Positions 12,601 to 26,327 of a stretch of 64,000 bases of DNA are shown piece after piece (positions within the stretch are counted from its first letter, which is position 1; every line of letters starts with the position of its first letter). The notes under the pieces were generated by a model. It was not told where the DNA came from. It did no database searches and was given only the letters and a program-made list of their open reading frames with translations. Source of the stretch: the human T2T-CHM13v2.0 reference genome, Homo sapiens. A program made the translations under genes and the position numbers. Location of the stretch: NCBI RefSeq assembly GCF_009914755.1, contig NC_060940.1; one strand, written 5' to 3'.

Positions 12601-15600
12601 TTCCATTCGATGATGATTACATTGGATTCCATTCTATGATTCCATTCAATTCCATTCGTTGATGATTCGATTCCATTCAATGATGGTTCCATTTGAGTTC
12701 ATTCGATGATTCTATTCGATTCCGTTCGATGGTGATTCAATTCTCTTATATTGGATGAATCCACTCGATTCCATTTGATGATTATTCCATTGGAGTCCAC
12801 TTAGTGAATCCTTCAGATTCTACTCGAAGATGATTCCATTCCAGTCCATTCGATGATACCATTCAATTCCATTCGTTGATGCTTCCATTCAAGTGCATTC
12901 GATGATATCATTCGATTCCATTTGATGATAATTCCATTTGATTCCATGCGATGATTCTATTCGATTCCATTCAATGATAATTCCATTCAGTTCAGTGATT
13001 CCTCTGGACTCCATTTGATGATGATTCCATTCAATGATTCCATTCGATTCTATTCGAAAATGATTCCATTTGAATCCATTTGATGATGATTCCATTAGAT
13101 TCCATTTGATGATTCCATTCGATTCCATGCGACGATGATTCCATTCGATTCCATTTGATGATTCCATTCTATTCTATTCGATGATGATTCCATTCGATTC
13201 CATTCGATGATGATTGGATTTGATTCCATTTGATGATTTCATTTGATTCCATTCGTTAATGATTTCGATCAATTCCATTCGATGATTCCATTCGATTCCA
13301 TTCGATAATGATTACATCCGTGTCCATTCAATGATTCCATTTGAGCCTGTTCGATAATTCCATTTGATTCCAACCAATGATTCCATTCATTTCCATTCAA
13401 TGATTCCATTCGAGTCCATTTGATCATTCCGGTAGGGTCCATTCGATGTTGATTCCATTGGAGTGCATTCGATGATTCCATTCGAGTCCATTTTAGGATT
13501 TGATTCGAGTCCTTTCGATGATTCCATTCGATTCCACTCGATGATGATTTCATTCGAGTCCATTCGACACTTCCAATCGATTCCATTTGATGTTTCCATT
13601 CGATTCCAATTGATGATTCCATTCAATTCCATTCGATGATGATTCCGTACGATTCCATTCTGTGATGATTCCATGTGATTGCATTCAATGATGATTCCTT
13701 TCGATTGCATTCGATTATGATTCATTTCGTGTTCATTCTATGGTTCCACAGGTTTCCATTCGATGATGTTTCCATTCGTGTCCATTCCATTATTCCTTTC
13801 TATTCCATTTGAAGATGATTCCATTCGATTCCATTCATTGGTGATTCCACTCAATTCCATTCAATGATTCCATTCCATTTCTTTCAACAATGATTCCATT
13901 AGTTTCTATTCGATGATCCACTTGATTCCATTTGACGATGATTCCATTCGTGTCCATTCGATGATTCCATTTGATTCCATATGATGATGATTCCATTCGA
14001 TTCCATACGATGATGATTCCATTCGAGTCCATTCAATGGTGATTCCATTCAATTCCATTCGATGATTCCTTTCGATTCCATTCAATGATGATGGCATTCG
14101 ATTCCTTTCGATCATTCCCTTTGATTCCATTCAAAGGTGATTTCATTCAAGTCCATTCGATAATTGCATTCGATTCCATTCTATGATGATTCCATTCGAG
14201 TCCATTCGATGATTCCATTCGAGTCCATTTAATGATTCCATTGGGTTCAATTCAATGATGATTACATTGGATTCCGTTCTATGATTCCATTCAATTCCGT
14301 TCATTGACAATTTGATTCCATTCGATGATGATTCCATTTGAGTTCATTCGATGATTCTATTTGATTCTCTTCGATGGTGATTCAATTCTATTATATTGGA
14401 TGATTCCATTCGATTCCATTTGATGTTGATTCAATTCGATTCTATTCGATGATGATTCCATTGGATTTCACTTGATGATTCTATTCGATTCCATTCAATG
14501 ATGATTCACTTCTCGTCCATTGGATGATTCCATTTCATTCCATTCGATGATGATTCCATTCGATTCCATTCGATGATTCCATTTGATTCCATGCGTCGGT
14601 GAGCAATTCGATTCAATTCCATGATGATTCTATTTGATTCAATTAGATGATGTTTCCATTCGAATCCATTCCATGATTATTCCATTGGAATCCATTCGGC
14701 GATGATTCCATATGAGTCAATTCAATGATGATTCCATATGGGTCCGTTCGATGATAATTCCATTTGATTTCATTCGGTGCTTCTATTCAATTCCAGTCGA
14801 TGATGATTCCGTTGGAGTCCATACGATGATTCCATTTGATTTCATTTGATGATGATTCCATTCGATGATGATTACATTGGATTCCATTCTATGATTCCAT
14901 TCAATTCCATTCGTTGATGATTCGATTCCATTCAATGATGATTCCATTTGAGTTCATTCGATGATTCTATTCGATTCCGTTCGATGGTGATTCAATTCTC
15001 TTATATTGGATGAATCCACTCGATTCCATTTGATGATTATTCCATTGGAGTCCACTTAGTGAATCCTTCAGATTCTACTCGAAGATGATTCCATTCCAGT
15101 CCATTCGATGATACCATTCAATTCCATTCGTTGATGCTTCCATTCAAGTGCATTCGATGATATCATTCGATTCCATTTGATGATAATTCCATTTGATTCC
15201 ATGCGATGATTCTATTCGATTCCATTCAATGATAATTCCATTCAGTTCAGTGATTCCTCTGGACTCCATTTGATGATGATTCCATTCAATGATTCCATTC
15301 GATTCTATTCGAAAATGATTCCATTTGAATCCATTTGATGATGATTCCATTAGATTCCATTTGATGATTCCATTCGATTCCATGCGACGATGATTCCATT
15401 CGATTCCATTTGATGATTCCATTCTATTCTATTCGATGATGATTCCATTCGATTCCATTCGATGATGATTGGATTTGATTCCATTTGATGATTTCATTTG
15501 ATTCCATTCGTTAATGATTTCGATCAATTCCATTCGATGATTCCATTCGATTCCATTCGATAATGATTACATCCGTGTCCATTCAATGATTCCATTTGAG

Positions 15601-18600
15601 CCTGTTCGATAATTCCATTTGATTCCAACCAATGATTCCATTCATTTCCATTCAATGATTCCATTCGAGTCCATTTGATCATTCCGGTAGGGTCCATTCG
15701 ATGTTGATTCCATTGGAGTGCATTCGATGATTCCATTCGAGTCCATTTTAGGATTTGATTCGAGTCCTTTCGATGATTCCATTCGATTCCACTCGATGAT
15801 GATTTCATTCGAGTCCATTCGACACTTCCAATCGATTCCATTTGATGTTTCCATTCGATTCCAATTGATGATTCCATTCAATTCCATTCGATGATGATTC
15901 CGTACGATTCCATTCTGTGATGATTCCATGTGATTGCATTCAATGATGATTCCTTTCGATTGCATTCGATTATGATTCATTTCGTGTTCATTCTATGGTT
16001 CCACAGGTTTCCATTCGATGATGTTTCCATTCGTGTCCATTCCATTATTCCTTTCTATTCCATTTGAAGATGATTCCATTCGATTCCATTCATTGGTGAT
16101 TCCACTCAATTCCATTCAATGATTCCATTCCATTTCTTTCAACAATGATTCCATTAGTTTCTATTCGATGATCCACTTGATTCCATTTGACGATGATTCC
16201 ATTCGTGTCCATTCGATGATTCCATTTGATTCCATATGATGATGATTCCATTCGATTCCATACGATGATGATTCCATTCGAGTCCATTCAATGGTGATTC
16301 CATTCAATTCCATTCGATGATTCCTTTCGATTCCATTCAATGATGATGGCATTCGATTCCTTTCGATCATTCCCTTTGATTCCATTCAAAGGTGATTTCA
16401 TTCAAGTCCATTCGATAATTGCATTCGATTCCATTCTATGATGATTCCATTCGAGTCCATTCGATGATTCCATTCGAGTCCATTTAATGATTCCATTGGG
16501 TTCAATTCAATGATGATTACATTGGATTCCGTTCTATGATTCCATTCAATTCCGTTCATTGACAATTTGATTCCATTCGATGATGATTCCATTTGAGTTC
16601 ATTCGATGATTCTATTTGATTCTCTTCGATGGTGATTCAATTCTATTATATTGGATGATTCCATTCGATTCCATTTGATGTTGATTCAATTCGATTCTAT
16701 TCGATGATGATTCCATTGGATTTCACTTGATGATTCTATTCGATTCCATTCAATGATGATTCACTTCTCGTCCATTGGATGATTCCATTTCATTCCATTC
16801 GATGATGATTCCATTCGATTCCATTCGATGATTCCATTTGATTCCATGCGTCGGTGAGCAATTCGATTCAATTCCATGATGATTCTATTTGATTCAATTA
16901 GATGATGTTTCCATTCGAATCCATTCCATGATTATTCCATTGGAATCCATTCGGCGATGATTCCATATGAGTCAATTCAATGATGATTCCATATGGGTCC
17001 GTTCGATGATAATTCCATTTGATTTCATTCGGTGCTTCTATTCAATTCCAGTCGATGATGATTCCGTTGGAGTCCATACGATGATTCCATTTGATTTCAT
17101 TTGATGATGATTCCATTCGATGATGATTACATTGGATTCCATTCTATGATTCCATTCAATTCCATTCGTTGATGATTCGATTCCATTCAATGATGATTCC
17201 ATTTGAGTTCATTCGATGATTCTATTCGATTCCGTTCGATGGTGATTCAATTCTCTTATATTGGATGAATCCACTCGATTCCATTTGATGATTATTCCAT
17301 TGGAGTCCACTTAGTGAATCCTTCAGATTCTACTCGAAGATGATTCCATTCCAGTCCATTCGATGATACCATTCAATTCCATTCGTTGATGCTTCCATTC
17401 AAGTGCATTCGATGATATCATTCGATTCCATTTGATGATAATTCCATTTGATTCCATGCGATGATTCTATTCGATTCCATTCAATGATAATTCCATTCAG
17501 TTCAGTGATTCCTCTGGACTCCATTTGATGATGATTCCATTCAATGATTCCATTCGATTCTATTCGAAAATGATTCCATTTGAATCCATTTGATGATGAT
17601 TCCATTAGATTCCATTTGATGATTCCATTCGATTCCATGCGACGATGATTCCATTCGATTCCATTTGATGATTCCATTCTATTCTATTCGATGATGATTC
17701 CATTCGATTCCATTCGATGATGATTGGATTTGATTCCATTTGATGATTTCATTTGATTCCATTCGTTAATGATTTCGATCAATTCCATTCGATGATTCCA
17801 TTCGATTCCATTCGATAATGATTACATCCGTGTCCATTCAATGATTCCATTTGAGCCTGTTCGATAATTCCATTTGATTCCAACCAATGATTCCATTCAT
17901 TTCCATTCAATGATTCCATTCGAGTCCATTTGATCATTCCGGTAGGGTCCATTCGATGTTGATTCCATTGGAGTGCATTCGATGATTCCATTCGAGTCCA
18001 TTTTAGGATTTGATTCGAGTCCTTTCGATGATTCCATTCGATTCCACTCGATGATGATTTCATTCGAGTCCATTCGACACTTCCAATCGATTCCATTTGA
18101 TGTTTCCATTCGATTCCAATTGATGATTCCATTCAATTCCATTCGATGATGATTCCGTACGATTCCATTCTGTGATGATTCCATGTGATTGCATTCAATG
18201 ATGATTCCTTTCGATTGCATTCGATTATGATTCATTTCGTGTTCATTCTATGGTTCCACAGGTTTCCATTCGATGATGTTTCCATTCGTGTCCATTCCAT
18301 TATTCCTTTCTATTCCATTTGAAGATGATTCCATTCGATTCCATTCATTGGTGATTCCACTCAATTCCATTCAATGATTCCATTCCATATCTTTCAACAA
18401 TGATTCCATTAGTTTCTATTCGATGATCCACTTGATTCCATTTGACGATGATTCCATTCGTGTCCATTCGATGATTCCATTTGATTCCATATGATGATGA
18501 TTCCATTCGATTCCATACGATGATGATTCCATTCGAGTCCATTCAATGGTGATTCCATTCAATTCCATTCGATGATTCCTTTCGATTCCATTCAATGATG

Positions 18601-21600
18601 ATGGCATTCGATTCCTTTCCATCATTCCCTTTGATTCCATTCAAAGGTGATTTCATTCAAGTCCATTCGATAATTGCATTCGATTCCATTCTATGATGAT
18701 TCCATTCGAGTCCATTCGATGATTCCATTCGAGTCCATTTAATGATTCCATTGGGTTCAATTCAATGATGATTACATTGGATTCCGTTCTATGATTCCAT
18801 TCAATTCCGTTCATTGACAATTTGATTCCATTCGATGATGATTCCATTTGAGTTCATTCGATGATTCTATTTGATTCTCTTCGATGGTGATTCAATTCTA
18901 TTATATTGGATGATTCCATTCGATTCCATTTGATGTTGATTCAATTCGATTCTATTCGATGATGATTCCATTGGATTTCACTTGATGATTCTATTCGATT
19001 CCATTCAATGATGATTCACTTCTCGTCCATTGGATGATTCCATTTCATTCCATTCGATGATGATTCCATTCGATTCCATTCGATGATTCCATTTGATTCC
19101 ATGTGTCGGTGAGCAATTCGATTCAATTCCATGATGATTCTATTTGATTCAATTAGATGATGTTTCCATTCGAATCCATTCCATGATTATTCCATTGGAA
19201 TCCATTCGGCGATGATTCCATATGAGTCAATTCAATGATGATTCCATATGGGTCCGTTCGATGATAATTCCATTTGATTTCATTCGGTGCTTCTATTCAA
19301 TTCCAGTCGATGATGATTCCGTTGGAGTCCATACGATGATTCCATTTGATTTCATTTGATGATGATTCCATTCGATGATGATTACATTGGATTCCAGTCT
19401 ATGATTCCATTCAATTCCATTCGTTGATGATTCGATTCCATTCAATGATGATTCCATTTGAGTTCATTCGATGATTCTATTCGATTCCATTCGATGGTGA
19501 TTCAATTCTCTTATATTGGATGAATCCACTCGATTCCATTTGATGATTATTCCATTGGAGTCCACTTAGTGAATCCTTCAGATTCTACTCGAAGATGATT
19601 CCATTCCAGTCCATTCGATGATACCATTCAATTCCATTCGTTGATGCTTCCATTCAAGTGCATTCGATGATATCATTCGATTCCATTTGATGATAATTCC
19701 ATTTGATTCCATGCGATGATTCTATTCGATTCCATTCAATGATAATTCCATTCAGTTCAGTGATTCCTCTGGACTCCATTTGATGATGATTCCATTCAAT
19801 GATTCCATTCGATTCTATTCGAAAATGATTCCATTTGAATCCATTTGATGATGATTCCATTAGATTCCATTTGATGATTCCATTCGATTCCATGCGACGA
19901 TGATTCCATTCGATTCCATTTGATGATTCCATTCTATTCTATTCGATGATGATTCCATTCGATTCCATTCGATGATGATTGGATTTGATTCCATTTGATG
20001 ATTTCATTTGATTCCATTCGTTAATGATTTCGATCAATTCCATTCGATGATTCCATTCGATTCCATTCGATAATGATTACATCCGTGTCCATTCAATGAT
20101 TCCATTTGAGCCTGTTCGATAATTCCATTTGATTCCAACCAATGATTCCATTCATTTCCATTCAATGATTCCATTCGAGTCCATTTGATCATTCCGGTAG
20201 GGTCCATTCGATGTTGATTCCATTGGAGTGCATTCGATGATTCCATTCGAGTCCATTTTAGGATTTGATTCGAGTCCTTTCGATGATTCCATTCGATTCC
20301 ACTCGATGATGATTTCATTCGAGTCCATTCGACACTTCCAATCGATTCCATTTGATGTTTCCATTCGATTCCAATTGATGATTCCATTCAATTCCATTCG
20401 ATGATGATTCCGTACGATTCCATTCTGTGATGATTCCATGTGATTGCATTCAATGATGATTCCTTTCGATTGCATTCGATTATGATTCATTTCGTGTTCA
20501 TTCTATGGTTCCACAGGTTTCCATTCGATGATGTTTCCATTCGTGTCCATTCCATTATTCCTTTCTATTCCATTTGAAGATGATTCCATTCGATTCCATT
20601 CATTGGTGATTCCACTCAATTCCATTCAATGATTCCATTCCATTTCTTTCAACAATGATTCCATTAGTTTCTATTCGATGATCCACTTGATTCCATTTGA
20701 CGATGATTCCATTCGTGTCCATTCGATGATTCCATTTGATTCCATATGATGATGATTCCATTCGATTCCATACGATGATGATTCCATTCGAGTCCATTCA
20801 ATGGTGATTCCATTCAATTCCATTCGATGATTCCTTTCGATTCCATTCAATGATGATGGCATTCGATTCCTTTCGATCATTCCCTTTGATTCCATTCAAA
20901 GGTGATTTCATTCAAGTCCATTCGATAATTGCATTCGATTCCATTCTATGATGATTCCATTCGAGTCCATTCGATGATTCCATTCGAGTCCATTTAATGA
21001 TTCCATTGGGTTCAATTCAATGATGATTACATTGGATTCCGTTCTATGATTCCATTCAATTCCGTTCATTGACAATTTGATTCCATTCGATGATGATTCC
21101 ATTTGAGTTCATTCGATGATTCTATTTGATTCTCTTCGATGGTGATTCAATTCTATTATATTGGATGATTCCATTCGATTCCATTTGATGTTGATTCAAT
21201 TCGATTCTATTCGATGATGATTCCATTGGATTTCACTTGATGATTCTATTCGATTCCATTCAATGATGATTCACTTCTCGTCCATTGGATGATTCCATTT
21301 CATTCCATTCGATGATGATTCCATTCGATTCCATTCGATGATTCCATTTGATTCCATGCGTCGGTGAGCAATTCGATTCAATTCCATGATGATTCTATTT
21401 GATTCAATTAGATGATGTTTCCATTCGAATCCATTCCATGATTATTCCATTGGAATCCATTCGGCGATGATTCCATATGAGTCAATTCAATGATGATTCC
21501 ATATGGGTCCGTTCGATGATAATTCCATTTGATTTCATTCGGTGCTTCTATTCAATTCCAGTCGATGATGATTCCGTTGGAGTCCATACGATGATTCCAT

Positions 21601-24600
21601 TTGATTTCATTTGATGATGATTCCATTCGATGATGATTACATTGGATTCCATTCTATGATTCCATTCAATTCCATTCGTTGATGATTCGATTCCATTCAA
21701 TGATGATTCCATTTGAGTTCATTCGATGATTCTATTCGATTCCGTTCGATGGTGATTCAATTCTCTTATATTGGATGAATCCACTCGATTCCATTTGATG
21801 ATTATTCCATTGGAGTCCACTTAGTGAATCCTTCAGATTCTACTCGAAGATGATTCCATTCCAGTCCATTCGATGATACCATTCAATTCCATTCGTTGAT
21901 GCTTCCATTCAAGTGCATTCGATGATATCATTCGATTCCATTTGATGATAATTCCATTTGATTCCATGCGATGATTCTATTCGATTCCATTCAATGATAA
22001 TTCCATTCAGTTCAGTGATTCCTCTGGACTCCATTTGATGATGATTCCATTCAATGATTCCATTCGATTCTATTCGAAAATGATTCCATTTGAATCCATT
22101 TGATGATGATTCCATTAGATTCCATTTGATGATTCCATTCGATTCCATGCGACGATGATTCCATTCGATTCCATTTGATGATTCCATTCTATTCTATTCG
22201 ATGATGATTCCATTCGATTCCATTCGATGATGATTGGATTTGATTCCATTTGATGATTTCATTTGATTCCATTCGTTAATGATTTCGATCAATTCCATTC
22301 GATGATTCCATTCGATTCCATTCGATAATGATTACATCCGTGTCCATTCAATGATTCCATTTGAGCCTGTTCGATAATTCCATTTGATTCCAACCAATGA
22401 TTCCATTCATTTCCATTCAATGATTCCATTCGAGTCCATTTGATCATTCCGGTAGGGTCCATTCGATGTTGATTCCATTGGAGTGCATTCGATGATTCCA
22501 TTCGAGTCCATTTTAGGATTTGATTCGAGTCCTTTCGATGATTCCATTCGATTCCACTCGATGATGATTTCATTCGAGTCCATTCGACACTTCCAATCGA
22601 TTCCATTTGATGTTTCCATTCGATTCCAATTGATGATTCCATTCAATTCCATTCGATGATGATTCCGTACGATTCCATTCTGTGATGATTCCATGTGATT
22701 GCATTCAATGATGATTCCTTTCGATTGCATTCGATTATGATTCATTTCGTGTTCATTCTATGGTTCCACAGGTTTCCATTCGATGATGTTTCCATTCGTG
22801 TCCATTCCATTATTCCTTTCTATTCCATTTGAAGATGATTCCATTCGATTCCATTCATTGGTGATTCCACTCAATTCCATTCAATGATTCCATTCCATTT
22901 CTTTCAACAATGATTCCATTAGTTTCTATTCGATGATCCACTTGATTCCATTTGACGATGATTCCATTCGTGTCCATTCGATGATTCCATTTGATTCCAT
23001 ATGATGATGATTCCATTCGATTCCATACGATGATGATTCCATTCGAGTCCATTCAATGGTGATTCCATTCAATTCCATTCGATGATTCCTTTCGATTCCA
23101 TTCAATGATGATGGCATTCGATTCCTTTCGATCATTCCCTTTGATTCCATTCAAAGGTGATTTCATTCAAGTCCATTCGATAATTGCATTCGATTCCATT
23201 CTATGATGATTCCATTCGAGTCCATTCGATGATTCCATTCGAGTCCATTTAATGATTCCATTGGGTTCAATTCAATGATGATTACATTGGATTCCGTTCT
23301 ATGATTCCATTCAATTCCGTTCATTGACAATTTGATTCCATTCGATGATGATTCCATTTGAGTTCATTCGATGATTCTATTCGATTCTCTTCGATGGTGA
23401 TTCAATTCTATTATATTGGATGATTCCATTCGATTCCATTTGATGTTGATTCAATTCGATTCTATTCGATGATGATTCCATTGGATTTCACTTGATGATT
23501 CTATTCGATTCCATTCAATGATGATTCACTTCTCGTCCATTGGATGATTCCATTTCATTCCATTCGATGATGATTCCATTCGATTCCATTTGATGATTCC
23601 ATTTGATTCCATGTGTCGGTGAGCAATTCGATTCAATTCCATGATGATTCTATTTGATTCAATTAGATGATGTTTCCATTCGAATCCATTCCATGATTAT
23701 TCCATTGGAATCCATTCGGCGATGATTCCATATGAGTCAATTCAATGATGATTCCATATGGGTCCGTTCGATGATAATTCCATTTGATTTCATTCGGTGC
23801 TTCTATTCAATTCCAGTCGATGATGATTCCGTTGGAGTCCATACGATGATTCCATTTGATTTCATTTGATGATGATTCCATTCGATGATGATTACATTGG
23901 ATTCCAGTCTATGATTCCATTCAATTCCATTCGTTGATGATTCGATTCCATTCAATGATGATTCCATTTGAGTTCATTCGATGATTCTATTCGATTCCGT
24001 TCGATGGTGATTCAATTCTCTTATATTGGATGAATCCACTCGATTCCATTTGATGATTATTCCATTGGAGTCCACTTAGTGAATCCTTCAGATTCTACTC
24101 GAAGATGATTCCATTCCAGTCCATTCGATGATACCATTCAATTCCATTCGTTGATGCTTCCATTCAAGTGCATTCGATGATATCATTCGATTCCATTTGA
24201 TGATAATTCCATTTGATTCCATGCGATGATTCTATTCGATTCCATTCAATGATAATTCCATTCAGTTCAGTGATTCCTCTGGACTCCATTTGATGATGAT
24301 TCCATTCAATGATTCCATTCGATTCTATTCGAAAATGATTCCATTTGAATCCATTTGATGATGATTCCATTAGATTCCATTTGATGATTCCATTCGATTC
24401 CATGCGACGATGATTCCATTCGATTCCATTTGATGATTCCATTCTATTCTATTCGATGATGATTCCATTCGATTCCATTCGATGATGATTGGATTTGATT
24501 CCATTTGATGATTTCATTTGATTCCATTCGTTAATGATTTTGATCAATTCCATTCGATGATTCCATTCGATTCCATTCGATAATGATTACATCCGTGTCC

Positions 24601-25457
24601 ATTCAATGATTCCATTTGAGCCTGTTCGATAATTCCATTTGAGTCCAACCAATGATTCCATTCATTTCCATTCAATGATTCCATTCGAGTCCATTTGACC
24701 ATTCCGGTAGGGTCCATTCGATGTTGATTCCATTGGAGTGCATTCGATGATTCCATTCGAGTCCATTTTATGATTTGATTCGAGTCCTTTCGATGATTCC
24801 ATTCGATTCCACTCAATGATGATTTCATTCGAGTCCATTCGACACTTCCAATCGATTCCATTTGATGTTTCCATTCGAGTCCAATTGATGATTCCATTCA
24901 ATTCCATTCGATGATGATTCCGTACGATTCCATTCTGTGATGATTCCATGTGATTGCATTCAATGATGATTCCTTTAGATTGCATTCGATTGTGATTCAT
25001 TTCGTCTTCATTCTATGGTTCCACAGGCTTCCATTCGATGACGTTTCCATTCGTGTCCATTCCATTATTCCATTCTATTTCATTTGATGATGATTCCATT
25101 CGATTCCATTCATTGGTGATTCCACTCAATTCCATTCAATGATTCCATTCCATTTCTTTCAACAATGATTCCATTAGTTTCTATTCGATGATCCACTTGA
25201 TTCCATTTGGCGATGATTCCATTCGTGTCCATTCGATGATTCCATTTGATTCCATATGATGATGATTCCATTCGATTCCATACCATGATGATTCCATTCG
25301 AGTCCATTCAATGGTGATTCCATTCAATTCCATTCGATGATTCCTTCCGATTCCATTCGATGATGATGGCATTCGATTCCTTTCAATCATTCCCTTTGAT
25401 TCCATTCAAAGGTGATTTCATTCAAGTCCATTCGATAATTGCATTCGATTCCATTCT
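9673..25457 (+). repeat. Tandem array of 7 x 2,255-bp units; copies 1-6 near-identical, copy 7 divergent in its 3' half
   Basis: Identical ORFs recur at 10,634, 12,889, 15,144, 17,399, 19,654, 21,909 and 24,164 (exact 2,255 spacing). The same novel junction occurs at 11,928, 14,183, 16,438, 18,693, 20,948 and 23,203. Confidence 0.95.
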
Positions 25458-26327
25458 ATGATGATTCCATTCGAGTCCATTTGATGATTCCATTCAATTC
25501 AAGTCAATGATGATTCCATTCGATTCCACTCGATGATTCCATTGGATTCCATTCGATGATGATTCCATTCAAATCCATTCGATAATTCAATTCAAGTCCA
25601 TTCGATGATGATTCCAATCGAATCCATTCAAAGATTCCATTCAATTCCATTCGATGATGATTCCCTTAGATTCCATTCGATGATTCCACTTGATTCCATT
25701 TACGATGATTCCATTCGATTCCATGTGATGAATCCATTCAATTCTATTCAATGATGTTTCCATTTGATTCCATTGGACCATGATTGCCTTTGATTCCATT
25801 CAATGATTCCATTCGGTTCCATTTGATGATGATTCCGTTCGATTCCATTTCATTATTCCATTTGATTCCATTGGATGAGTCCATTCGATTACATTCGATG
25901 ATTATTCCATTCGAGTGCATTAGATGATTGCATTCGAGTCCATTCGATGATTCCATTCGATTCCATTCGATGTTGATTCTGTTCAAATCCATTCGATGAT
26001 TCCACTCGATTCCATTCGATGACTCCATTTGATCCCATTCGATGATTTCCTGTGATTCCCTTTGATGATCATTCTATTTGATTCAATTCGGTGATTTCAT
26101 TTCATTCCATTCAGTGATGTTTCCATTCGACTGTATTCGATGATGATTCCATTCGACTCCATTCGATTATGATTTCATTCAATTCCATTCAATAATGATT
26201 CCCTTCGAGTCCATTCGATGATTCCATTCGATTCCATTCAACGATGATTTGATTCGTTTCCATTCGATGATTCCATTTGATTCCACTTGATGATGATTCC
26301 ATTCGAGTCCATTTGATGATTCCATTC

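Noticed and set aside
9673-25457. CRISPR-like or repeat-spacer system, or tandem gene cluster
   Set aside because: There are no unique spacers, no cas or other genes, and the units consist entirely of satellite monomers.
9673-25457. Pure assembly artefact explanation for the 2,255-bp array
   Set aside because: Disfavoured, though not excluded. The copies carry private and pairwise-shared substitutions and a coherent founding junction. Read-level confirmation is still needed.
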